From: Candidatus Micrarchaeota archaeon
GTDB taxonomy: Archaea; Micrarchaeota; Micrarchaeia; Micrarchaeales; Micrarchaeaceae
Reading direction: 5' to 3'
Assembly (NCBI GenBank): GCA_964409135.1
Contig: CAYPBZ010000001.1
Coordinates: 26,535 to 90,534, forward strand
Length of the DNA stretch: 64,000 nt
The notes below the pieces were generated by a model. The model had not been told where the DNA came from. It made no database searches and saw nothing but the letters and a program-made list of their open reading frames with translations. Of this stretch, positions 26,061-34,892 are shown in pieces (the first letter of the stretch is position 1; every line of letters starts with the position of its first letter). A program made the translations under genes and the position numbers.

Positions 26061-28352
26061 TCATTCCTCGCCGTATCTCAGTCCGAGTATCTCATCAAGC
26101 AGGTCGGCTTCGTTCTCGTTTATCAGGGATGAGAACTCGCCCTTCAGCAGCATCGCGTCCTGCCTCCTTATTTTCGTGTAGAGTACCTGGTTCTCGCGCA
26201 CCTGCCTGCCGAACATCGGCTCGTCCATAGAGACCGCTACCTCCGCGCCCGCCTTTGCCTCCCTGAGCGGAGACTTCTCGTTCTGTATCTCTTTTATTTT
26301 GCCTACACGCGCTCCAACCTCATTTATCATAACAACTCCTGGCCTTATCGTGCCCACCATGACCTCCACCCCAAACACTGCTGGATGCGATATCCTAAAG
26401 CACGAGTTCGGCAAGACCTTCACCTTCGCCGGCAGCACCATCCTGCCCAGCGCGGCCTCCTTCTTGCTCTTCTCTACCTTTTCGACAAGTGCTTTGTAGT
26501 CATCCATGATCTTGTATATGACACTATCGCGTATGACATTGACTCCGCTGGCGGACGCGGCCTCCTGCGCATCCGGCTCTATGTTGACATTGAACGCCAG
26601 CACCGTGGCGTATGCCTGGTTTATGGCATTCATGGAGAACGCATCAAGAATGTCGCGCTTCGTTACATTGCCTATCGCTTTCTTACTTATAGGCACGCCC
26701 ATGCTCCCGAATATCTTTGATAGGCCTTCTATACCACCTATGGAATCCGCTTTCAGTACCGGTCCGGATGGTTCGGTCTTGAAGAGGCCTTTCAGCTCCG
26801 ACCTTATATTCTTTATATAATCAGGGTCGGAGGAGTCTATTACAGTAGAACCGACTATAGCGTCGTCTAGCCCTACCGCGCTTATACGCACGCCGGTTGC
26901 TGCGGATGCGCTATCTATGTATACGAACTCGCTTGCGGACTCCCGTATCTCGCGCATGGGCTTTGGCTTCAGCAGCGCGCGTATCTTAGTTGTCTGCACC
27001 TTTCCCTGTTCATCGGCAAACGCTATAGTGTCGCCTGCGTGCAGCGCGCCGTCGTACAATATGACGTCTATAACCGTACCGAGCCCGCGGATCTCCTTCC
27101 TCTCAAGTATCGCGCCTCGTCCGGGCCCATCCACCTCTATGTTGAGCTTCATCTCCAAGAACCTCTGCGAGAGCCCGGCCACAAGCATGAGAAGCTCGGC
27201 CGTGCCCTCTCCCGTAATGGCGCTTATCGGGACTATGGCTATCTCCTTCTGGAAGTCTCTCACCTCCGTGTACACATTGCTCTGGAACCCGTATCTGCTT
27301 ACCTCTCCTATGAGCTCGAACAGCTTTGTGTTGAGCATGTCCTTCACGTTGTCGTACTGCTTCCCAAGCGACTCAGAAATGGAGTAGGTCTTCTGCTTCT
27401 GCCACCCTGACAATGTGTCTACCTTGTTTGCGGCTATGACAAACGGAGTTTTGTACTCTCTGAGTATCTCTATGGCCTCTACAGTCTGCGGCTGCATGCC
27501 ATCCATCACATCTATCACTAGTATCGCAAGGTCGGCTATGCTGCCTCCTCTTCTCCTCAGGTTCGTGAATGCCTCGTGTCCGGGGGTGTCTATGAAAAGA
27601 AGTCCGGGTATGCGCAATGATTTGGGATCGAAATTCTGCAGGCCTTTGCATATGTTCCTTATCACATCTATAGGGACCTCACTCGCCCCTATGTGCTGTG
27701 TTATACCTCCGGATTCCTTCGACACGATTGTGGTCTGTCTTATCTTGTCGAGAAGCGTGGTATTGTGTATTATCAGGCTATTGGCTATGAAGTTATGGGT
27801 ATCCTCCACTGTGAAATCGTATACATCGAAATCTCCTTCTAAATGGACAACTTTTGTGACTGTCACAGTCCTATATGCTGAGAGCGTATCATGTGCGGAT
27901 AATCTGGAAACGGTATCATTCGACCCCAATAATATAGTTTTGGACGGCAAAAGTAAAGTTTCGCCCTCCCTCATGCTAGCAGCTTCACAATATGTCATTT
28001 TTCCATCTTTTGTGAAAATCAGGAATTTATGTTCTGGAGTTGTCTTTACATCGTATCCAGCGCTTGTCGATACATGTACAAGCCTCTTTGACTTTAGCTT
28101 CCATACATGACTGACCCTTTTCGGCTCTGCGATACCATCTTTTCCTGCAGAGAGTAAGGTGATCTCTGTCGATTCGTATACCTCACCGCCAGACACCTTA
28201 ACTGAGACTCCTTTTCTGTATTTATCGAAAATCTCCCTTGCGCTAAGCAGCCTTCCATCGCCCATCCCTATCAACGTGTCCCCTGCCACACATTTCCCAT
28301 GATCTACATGGCCGAGAACGCTTATTATGGGTTGTCTTATCATACTAGGCAC
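26061..28352 (-). CDS. infB: Translation initiation factor aIF5B (IF-2 family GTPase) interrupted by a mini-intein in the G1/P-loop
   Basis: 'PIISVLGHVDHGK|C...IIHN|TTLLDKIRQ', 'FIDTPGHEAF' and 'ANKVD'. 763 aa including the intein. Confidence 0.9.
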   Translation of the reverse strand: MPSMIRQPIISVLGHVDHGKCVAGDTLIGMGDGRLLSAREIFDKYRKGVSVKVSGGEVYESTEITLLSAGKDGIAEPKRVSHVWKLKSKRLVHVSTSAGYDVKTTPEHKFLIFTKDGKMTYCEAASMREGETLLLPSKTILLGSNDTVSRLSAHDTLSAYRTVTVTKVVHLEGDFDVYDFTVEDTHNFIANSLIIHNTTLLDKIRQTTIVSKESGGITQHIGASEVPIDVIRNICKGLQNFDPKSLRIPGLLFIDTPGHEAFTNLRRRGGSIADLAILVIDVMDGMQPQTVEAIEILREYKTPFVIAANKVDTLSGWQKQKTYSISESLGKQYDNVKDMLNTKLFELIGEVSRYGFQSNVYTEVRDFQKEIAIVPISAITGEGTAELLMLVAGLSQRFLEMKLNIEVDGPGRGAILERKEIRGLGTVIDVILYDGALHAGDTIAFADEQGKVQTTKIRALLKPKPMREIRESASEFVYIDSASAATGVRISAVGLDDAIVGSTVIDSSDPDYIKNIRSELKGLFKTEPSGPVLKADSIGGIEGLSKIFGSMGVPISKKAIGNVTKRDILDAFSMNAINQAYATVLAFNVNIEPDAQEAASASGVNVIRDSVIYKIMDDYKALVEKVEKSKKEAALGRMVLPAKVKVLPNSCFRISHPAVFGVEVMVGTIRPGVVMINEVGARVGKIKEIQNEKSPLREAKAGAEVAVSMDEPMFGRQVRENQVLYTKIRRQDAMLLKGEFSSLINENEADLLDEILGLRYGEE
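27762..28292 (-). mobile_element. Mini-intein (177 aa, no endonuclease domain) in aIF5B
   Basis: Cys codon at 28292-28290 right after GHVDHGK. Ends ..LIIHN (AAT, 27764-27762) before Thr. Blocks 'CVAGDTL', 'TPEHKFLI' and 'VYDFTVEDTHNFIAN'. No LAGLIDADG motifs. Confidence 0.85.
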
Positions 28353-28433
28353 CTTTCATAGAACCAGATTCAGAGGCACATTACAATACAGTCCAAGATT
28401 TTTATTTGTTGTGATTGCTCGCTATGCCCAAAA

Positions 28434-29054
28434 TTGCGAAAAATCATAAATTACTTAATAATATGTATAGTAAATCAATCTGTATTTGGTGATTGTTTGG
28501 AACGTACATTAGTACTTGTGAAGCCTGATGGGGTCAGAAGAGCACTTATAGGAAGGGTGATATCACGCTTCGAGGCCTCAGGACTGAAGATCGTAGGGAT
28601 GAAGGCGCTTGTCCCCGACAGAGACATTGTGGGAAGGCATTACCCGGACGACGAGAGCTGGCTCTCCAGCGTCGGTAGCAAGGCAAGGAAGTCTTATGGG
28701 ACCGAAGACGAAAGGCAGAAGATGTCTAATTCTGACATCGGCAGAGTGATAAGGAACCAGCTGATAGACTCTCTAGCAGGCGAGCCTGTGGTCGCGTTGG
28801 TGGTCGAGGGCAATGAGGTAGTATTCGCAGTCAGGAAGATGGCAGGCGGCACGGAGCCGAAGAGCGCCGATCCATCCTCGATAAGAAGCATGTACTCCAC
28901 AGACTCATACACGCATGCGGACGAAAGCAAGAGGCCGCTGAGAAACGTTCTGCATGCCTCTGAAGATAAGGGGCACGCGGACTACGAGATAGCACTCTGG
29001 TTCAACAGCTCTGAGATCGTAGATTACAAGAGGGCAGATGAAGATATGCTCTAA
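28434..29054 (+). CDS. ndk: Nucleoside diphosphate kinase (with an internal insertion)
   Basis: 'ERTLVLVKPDGVRR..IGRVISRFE..GLKIVGMK' and 'NVLHASED' active-site His. The likely true start is TTG at 28497 (LERTLV). About 40 extra residues follow 'HYPDDE'. Confidence 0.8.
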   Translation: MRKIINYLIICIVNQSVFGDCLERTLVLVKPDGVRRALIGRVISRFEASGLKIVGMKALVPDRDIVGRHYPDDESWLSSVGSKARKSYGTEDERQKMSNSDIGRVIRNQLIDSLAGEPVVALVVEGNEVVFAVRKMAGGTEPKSADPSSIRSMYSTDSYTHADESKRPLRNVLHASEDKGHADYEIALWFNSSEIVDYKRADEDML

Positions 29055-29056
29055 CC

Positions 29057-29347
29057 CTATAAACTGTATCTAAGGTCTTCGGCCATCATCTCCGGACTCC
29101 AGAGCGGGTCCCATACAAGATCTACGTCCACCTCTCTCACTCCAGGCACCGCCTCCACCCTGAGCTGCGCATCTGCGAGTATGAGGGATGTGACAGGACA
29201 CATCGGAGATGTCATGGTGATAGTGAGCTTCACCTTCCCATCATCTATGCTCACACCGTATATCAGGCCTATGCTGACTATGTCCGCGTCTAGCTCCGGG
29301 TCCTTGCAGCTCCTGAGCGCCTCTATTACGTCTGATGTGCTTGGCAT
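29057..29347 (-). CDS. DUF59/MIP18-family Fe-S assembly protein
   Basis: 'V.EALR...DPEL..DIVSLGLIY' and 'TMTSPMCPV' motifs. 96 aa. Confidence 0.8.
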   Translation of the reverse strand: MPSTSDVIEALRSCKDPELDADIVSIGLIYGVSIDDGKVKLTITMTSPMCPVTSLILADAQLRVEAVPGVREVDVDLVWDPLWSPEMMAEDLRYSL

Positions 29348-29415
29348 ACTAATATACCTTAACCTTAGATATTAAAACCTTCTTGGCTGAAGCCCACAAA
29401 CAGGTAAAATCTCTG

Positions 29416-29721
29416 TCAGCTTATGCTTATCTCTATCTGCACTGAATCAGGTACGGGTATCCTCATTATCTGCCTGAGTATCTGGTCGTTGGCATTGAGC
29501 TGTATCATGCGCTTGTGGACCCTCATCTGCCATCTCTCATAAGTGTGGCTTCCCTCTCCTCCAGGACCCTTCCTCACGGTCTGCGATACCCTCTTCGTCG
29601 GGAACGGCACAGGGCCGTTCACCCTGACCCCGAGTGTTTCCGATATGCTCTTTATCTGGCTCATTATGGAGTCGGCATCCTTGTGCGAAAGGCTTGACAG
29701 CTTTATCCTTGCTATGGTCAT
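29416..29721 (-). CDS. rps10: Ribosomal protein uS10
   Basis: 'ARIKLSS...GPVPFPTK' and its position immediately downstream of tuf. Confidence 0.95.
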   Translation of the reverse strand: MTIARIKLSSLSHKDADSIMSQIKSISETLGVRVNGPVPFPTKRVSQTVRKGPGGEGSHTYERWQMRVHKRMIQLNANDQILRQIMRIPVPDSVQIEISIS

Positions 29722-29725
29722 CGCA

Positions 29726-30994
29726 TCACTTTGCCGGCACCAAGTCTAGTATGACCCCCGCACCTACTGTCTCTCCCATGTCACGTATGGCGAACCTCCC
29801 GAGTTGCGGGAACTCGCCGTACTTCTCAGCAGAGAGAGGCTTTGTCGGTTTTATCTTTACTATTGCTATATCTCCTGTCTTTATGGTCTCGGGGTTCTTC
29901 TCCATGGTCTGCCCGGTCTTCGGATCCTTCTTCTCGAGTATGTCAGTTATCGTGCATGCGATCTGCGCGGTGTGTATGTGGAACACGGGCGTGTAGCCCT
30001 TCGCTATGACGTTCTGGTGGTGCAGCACTATGAGCTGCGCGGTGAACTCTGCCACGACCGTCGGCGGGTTGGACGAGGGTCCTATTACATCTCCTCTCTT
30101 TATGTCCTTCCTCTCGACGCCCTTGATGTTGAATCCGACGTTGTCGCCAGGCTGTGCCTGCTGCAGCTGCTTGTGGTGCATCTCTATACTCTTAACCTCT
30201 GCCTTCTTGCCCTCCGGCATGATTATGACGCTGTCTCCTGGCTTCATCACGCCCGTCTCTACTCTTCCGACAGGCACAGTGCCGAATCCTGGCACACTGT
30301 AAACGTCCTGTACTGGGAGCCTGAGGGGTTTGTCCGTAGGCTTGGACGGAACTGTCAGGTTGTTGAGCGCATCCAGAAGCGTCATCCCATTGTACCATGA
30401 CATGTTCTCCGACTTCTTCGATATGTTATCGCCCTTGTATGCAGAGTAAGCGATGACAGGTATCGTATCGGTCTTGAACCCGAGAGACTTTAGGAGGTCC
30501 ATTGCTGCCTTCTTCGTCTCCTCGAACTTCGCCTGGTCGTACTTTGCTGCGTCCATCTTGTTTATTCCGAGGATTATCTGCCTTATCCCAAGGACGTTCG
30601 CGAGTATCGCATGCTCCCTGGTCTGCGGTTGCACACCGTCCGGAGCGCTGACTACGAGTACGGCAGCATCTGCCTGGCTCGCACCTGTAATCATGTTCTT
30701 TACGAAGTCTCTGTGTCCGGGCGCGTCTATTATCGTGAAGTAATACTTGTCAGATTGGAAGTCCCTGTGGGCTATATCTATAGTTATGCCGCGCTCCTGC
30801 TCCTCTTTCAGGCTGTCCATCACAAATGCAAATTCGAATGTGGGCCTGTTCGTCTGCTGCGTTATCTCCTTGTATCTGTCAATGTCCCTCTGGGTTATCA
30901 CTCCGGTATCGAAGAGCAGCCTTCCGACTGTTGTTGACTTTCCTGCGTCAACGTGACCAATGAAAATCAGATTCATATGTTCCTTTTCTGCCAT
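29726..30994 (-). CDS. tuf: Elongation factor 1-alpha
   Basis: 'NLIFIGHVDAGKSTT', 'DAPGHRDF' and 'NKMD'. 422 aa. Confidence 0.97.
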   Translation of the reverse strand: MAEKEHMNLIFIGHVDAGKSTTVGRLLFDTGVITQRDIDRYKEITQQTNRPTFEFAFVMDSLKEEQERGITIDIAHRDFQSDKYYFTIIDAPGHRDFVKNMITGASQADAAVLVVSAPDGVQPQTREHAILANVLGIRQIILGINKMDAAKYDQAKFEETKKAAMDLLKSLGFKTDTIPVIAYSAYKGDNISKKSENMSWYNGMTLLDALNNLTVPSKPTDKPLRLPVQDVYSVPGFGTVPVGRVETGVMKPGDSVIIMPEGKKAEVKSIEMHHKQLQQAQPGDNVGFNIKGVERKDIKRGDVIGPSSNPPTVVAEFTAQLIVLHHQNVIAKGYTPVFHIHTAQIACTITDILEKKDPKTGQTMEKNPETIKTGDIAIVKIKPTKPLSAEKYGEFPQLGRFAIRDMGETVGAGVILDLVPAK

Positions 30995-31419
30995 TTTTAC
31001 ACCTTATTTCTAATCTTTTTACCTTTTAATATAAATGTGTTTCGCAAGTGTGCGGACCCTTTGCTGCTGAGCGTAGGTCAAAAACCATACAAACAGCCTT
31101 TGGATAGGCGCATCCTGCCTCACAGTAGTTTGGCCGCATACCTGAGAACGTCATGAATGCAGCATCCAGACCTCTATTTAGATATATACTTATCTCACAT
31201 AAAGGTTTAATAATGTTGCTGTGAAGTCGGAGAAAAATGATGAGGATGACTTCTACAGAATAGAAGTTATAGAAAGAGGAAGAACAGGACCGATAGAACC
31301 TTGAGGTGCACTGTCCTATTATTCTATGTATCCTCTTTCATATTATTCATCAGCACAGCCTGTCTAGATATGTTTTTGAGGATTATAGTCAGACAAGTAT
31401 ACTGTTATAATCCTCCTAA

Positions 31420-31587
31420 TCAAAGTATTATAGAGGAGAAGAATATTACGGCTCCGACCGTGACTATAATTTCAACGTAGCCTAAGCCCAAAGAGTAAAA
31501 CTTGAAAAGCAGCCCGGCAGTATCAATCACTAACATTCCTAGCACGAACAGCCCGAACCTGAACCCTGATGGGATTATCCTTCTCAT
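31420..31587 (-). CDS. Small hydrophobic ORF (55 aa) downstream of the sdh genes, below the track cutoff
   Basis: My own translation: MRRIIPSGFRFGLFVLGMLVIDTAGLLFKFYSLGLGYVEIIVTVGAVIFFSSIIL*. Two predicted TM helices. ATG 31587 lies 8 nt after the stop of the upstream membrane gene. Confidence 0.35.
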   Translation of the reverse strand: MRRIIPSGFRFGLFVLGMLVIDTAGLLFKFYSLGLGYVEIIVTVGAVIFFSSIIL

Positions 31588-31595
31588 TATTACAC

Positions 31596-32330
31596 CTATA
31601 TATGCAGGAGCGTGGCGTTTATCGGCGCCCCTACGGCCAGCGCCCTAAGGTACAGGTCGACAAACACAAACAGCATGAGGCTTATCCATGCCCACTGCTC
31701 GTGGTGGGAGTTGAACCACGACTGCACGTCGAAGTATGATTTTGCCTTATTGCCGCCGAACCTGCAGCTATAGCAGTCATCCCTTCCTCCTGTAAGGTGC
31801 CTCAGTGCATGGCACGAGAACACATAGATTGTCACGAACAGGGTGTTTATCAGCAATGCCAATCCTGCTAGGGTCAGCGCACCGTTGAACGCTACGGCCT
31901 TATAAAAATCATAGTAGAAGAACGGCAGTATGGCTATCGAGCCGTACATGAAGTAGCGGTGCAGGTTCTCAAACCTGAACAGGCGCGTCTCTCCTGTGTA
32001 TCCCCTCTCTGGCGCGTCTGCGCGCTCTCCGACAGGACAGGCCTGCGGGTGCTTGAAGATGTGGCGGTGGTAGTCTTTCCTGTAAGCATAGCAGGTAATC
32101 CTAAACAGCCCCACAAGCGGCAGTATAAGTATCGTAGGAGCATAGAACGGGTCTGTGTATCCGTCGAAAGGTTTTACAGGGAACACCATGAGGAGGTATA
32201 TCGCAAGGCCGAGCGCAATTATGAACGCCCACACGCGCCAATTGGCCTCACTAAGCTCTGCTGGAATTATCGTATGCTTTGACACGTATGCGCTCTGTTT
32301 ATCATTACTATTCCTGAAGCTCCAGTCCAT
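31596..32330 (-). CDS. Putative succinate dehydrogenase membrane anchor (family unrecognised)
   Basis: 244 aa with about 5 hydrophobic helices. His/Cys near the helix ends (HRHIFKH, NLHRYF, SCHALRHL, NSHHEQW, CYSC). Sits directly downstream of sdhA-sdhB. Confidence 0.4.
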   Translation of the reverse strand: MDWSFRNSNDKQSAYVSKHTIIPAELSEANWRVWAFIIALGLAIYLLMVFPVKPFDGYTDPFYAPTILILPLVGLFRITCYAYRKDYHRHIFKHPQACPVGERADAPERGYTGETRLFRFENLHRYFMYGSIAILPFFYYDFYKAVAFNGALTLAGLALLINTLFVTIYVFSCHALRHLTGGRDDCYSCRFGGNKAKSYFDVQSWFNSHHEQWAWISLMLFVFVDLYLRALAVGAPINATLLHI

Positions 32331-32333
32331 CCT

Positions 32334-33089
32334 CTACACCTCTCTGCCTTTTAGCTTACGAGCGATCCACAGCAGTGGATCGTAATAACTGTCAACTGCA
32401 CGCTCCTTCTCTTGTATTATCGCATTGTCCGTTATCTTTATCCCTTCAGGGCATACCTCCTGGCAGCACTTTGTTATATTGCAGAATCCTATACCTCCCT
32501 CGCGGTTCAGGAACCCCGACCTGTCTAACGAGTCCATCGGGTGCATGTCAAGTGATGCGGCTTTCACGATGTGCCTCGGGCCCACGTAGTCGGCTTTGTG
32601 CTCCCTTATTATGTGGCAGACATCCTGGCACAAGAAGCACTCTATGCATTTCCTGAACTCCTTCGTACGCTCGACATCGATCTGCTGCAGCTTCCATGGG
32701 GATCTCGCGCCGGGCTTCGGCCTGAACTCTGGTATGTTCCTTGCTATCTCATAGCTCTCACTGACGTCGGTGACCAGATCTGCTACTCCAGGGAATGCAC
32801 CCATCGGAGCTACAGATATAGTGCCGGAAAGGCTGTCGACCCTTGTTTTGCACATGAGCCTCGGCATGTTGTTTATCTCAGCCGAGCATGAGCCGCATCT
32901 CGCGGCTTTGCAGTTCCACCTTATCGCGAGTGTCGTGTCAAAACGCTCCTGCACGTACCTCACTGCGTCGAGCACAACCATCCCCTCCTCGAAAGGGACA
33001 TCGTATTCTTTGTAATCTCCTCCGCTCTCGCCGGAACGTCTGTATATCTTGAGCTTTACCATCTTCCGTGCAGAGTCACTCATCCTCAT
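32334..33089 (-). CDS. sdhB: Succinate dehydrogenase iron-sulfur subunit
   Basis: 'CKAARCGSCSAEINNMPRLMC', 'CIECFLCQDVC' and 'CITKCCQEVCP' cluster motifs. Confidence 0.92.
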   Translation of the reverse strand: MRMSDSARKMVKLKIYRRSGESGGDYKEYDVPFEEGMVVLDAVRYVQERFDTTLAIRWNCKAARCGSCSAEINNMPRLMCKTRVDSLSGTISVAPMGAFPGVADLVTDVSESYEIARNIPEFRPKPGARSPWKLQQIDVERTKEFRKCIECFLCQDVCHIIREHKADYVGPRHIVKAASLDMHPMDSLDRSGFLNREGGIGFCNITKCCQEVCPEGIKITDNAIIQEKERAVDSYYDPLLWIARKLKGREV

Positions 33090-34800
33090 ACACCTCTGGC
33101 GTTACGTACCTCGACAGGCGCTCCGGCATCTCAGGCACGGGCTCTTTCGACATCTCGGCTCCATTCCTGCCATTGCTGAACAGAATGTTCACCCTCCATT
33201 CCCTGCGCCTCTTCGGGAAGTCGGAGCGCGAATGCGCGCCCCTGCTCTCCTCACGGAACAGTGCGCTCCGGGTTATTGCCTCTCCGACCACAAGCATGCT
33301 GGACAGCTCGAGGCAGCCGAGCAGGCCATGATTATATTTGGTGCCACCTGGAACTCTCACAGCCCCTGCCTCCATCTTCAATCCCTCTATCTTTATTATC
33401 GCTGTCTCAAGGTTCTTCCTGTCCCTTATTATCCCGACATGCTTATCCATTGTCGCAGTGAGCTCGTCTATTAGGTCGTACGGGTTCCTCCCTTTTTCTC
33501 CAAGGAACGACCTCACTCTAGATATCTCTGCCTTTACTCCATCTGATTCTGCATGCAGTTGGCCGTTCTGCAGTGAGAAGTTTGCAGCAGCATCGCCTGA
33601 GAGCTTTCCGAACACGAGTATATCTGACAGCGAATTCCCTCCGAGTCTATTGGCTCCATGCAGCCCTGCCGATACCTCTCCCACAGCGTACATCCCCTCT
33701 ACATCGGTTCCGCCCGTGTACGGGTCTACCCTTATTCCGCCCATTTGGTAGTGGACGGTGGGAGCGACCTCCATCGGCTGCTTCGTTATATCTATTCCGG
33801 CGAAGTCCATGAACTGCGAGTACATGCCTGGGAGCTTTTTCTTTATGAAGTTTGCGCCCTTGTACGATATGTCGAGATACACCCCGCCATGCGGTGTGCC
33901 TCTTCCTGCCTGTATCTCGAAATAGTTCGCCCTTGCCACTATGTCCCTTGCGTCGAGCTCCTTTTTCTTTGGAGAGTATTTCAGCATGAAACGCTCGTGC
34001 TTGGCATTCAGGAGGATCCCTCCCTCTCCTCTAACACCCTCCGTGACAAGAAGACCTTTAACTCCAGTAGGCCAGACCATCCCGGTAGGGTGGAACTGTA
34101 TCATCTCCATGTTCATCAGCTTAGCCCCCACATCGTACGCCAGAGCGAGTCCGTCCCCTGTAGACTCCCAAGAGTTGGACGTTACTTTGTATACGCGGCC
34201 GCACCCTCCTGTAGCGACAATGAGGGACTTTGCTGTGAAGAGGATGAACTCGCCTGTCCGCATCTCGAGGCCGAGAGCCGCAGCAAACCTCCCATTAGAC
34301 GTGAACAGCTTGGTGATATAAACCTCGTCGAATACCTTTGAGTTCGAGTGTATAACCTTGTCCTCGAGTGTGCGTATTATCTCAAGGCCGGTCTTGTCCC
34401 CCACATGGCATAGCCTTCTGTACGTGTGGCCACCGAACGCACGCTGCATTATCTTTCCCGACGGGGTTCTGTCGAATATTGCACCGAAGTCCTCTAATTC
34501 ATACACGGAATCCGGCGCGTTCTTAGCCAGAATCTCCGCCATTCTCCAATCCCCTATATACACCCCTTCTATAATCGTGTCCGAGAAGTGGACCTGCCAG
34601 CTGTCATTCTTGTCGACATCGGCTATGGCAGCGGCTATGCCTCCCTCGGCCATTACGGTATGTGCCTTTCCGAGCAGGGATTTTGTCACAATAGTCACGC
34701 CGCATCCTTTCTGTAGTGCAGATATGGCTGCGCGCATGCCTGCGCCTCCGGCTCCTATTATGAGAACGTCCGATGCGACAGTTTTATAATCTGCTATCAA
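33076..34800 (-). CDS. sdhA: Succinate dehydrogenase flavoprotein subunit
   Basis: 'DVLIIGAGGAGMRAA', 'HTVMAEGGI', 'FHPTG' and 'RGAHSR'. 574 aa. Confidence 0.95.
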   Translation of the reverse strand: MIADYKTVASDVLIIGAGGAGMRAAISALQKGCGVTIVTKSLLGKAHTVMAEGGIAAAIADVDKNDSWQVHFSDTIIEGVYIGDWRMAEILAKNAPDSVYELEDFGAIFDRTPSGKIMQRAFGGHTYRRLCHVGDKTGLEIIRTLEDKVIHSNSKVFDEVYITKLFTSNGRFAAALGLEMRTGEFILFTAKSLIVATGGCGRVYKVTSNSWESTGDGLALAYDVGAKLMNMEMIQFHPTGMVWPTGVKGLLVTEGVRGEGGILLNAKHERFMLKYSPKKKELDARDIVARANYFEIQAGRGTPHGGVYLDISYKGANFIKKKLPGMYSQFMDFAGIDITKQPMEVAPTVHYQMGGIRVDPYTGGTDVEGMYAVGEVSAGLHGANRLGGNSLSDILVFGKLSGDAAANFSLQNGQLHAESDGVKAEISRVRSFLGEKGRNPYDLIDELTATMDKHVGIIRDRKNLETAIIKIEGLKMEAGAVRVPGGTKYNHGLLGCLELSSMLVVGEAITRSALFREESRGAHSRSDFPKRRREWRVNILFSNGRNGAEMSKEPVPEMPERLSRYVTPEVYEDE

Positions 34801-34892
34801 AACACCCTAACCAGAGCTCGCCTGCGATTAAGATTGTTCGCAACATATAAAAAATATTGTTTCACTACCATACTAAATGGAATGGTGCATAT

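Noticed and set aside
28434-28496. N-terminal 21 codons of the ndk track ORF (MRKIINYLIICIVNQSVFGDC)
   Set aside because: This AT-rich stretch looks like promoter DNA. NDK homology begins at LERTLVLVKPDG, which has its own TTG at 28497.
31240-31310. Box C/D sRNA candidate, because of AUGAUGA at about 31247
   Set aside because: No CUGA D or D' box at a suitable distance, and no terminal stem.
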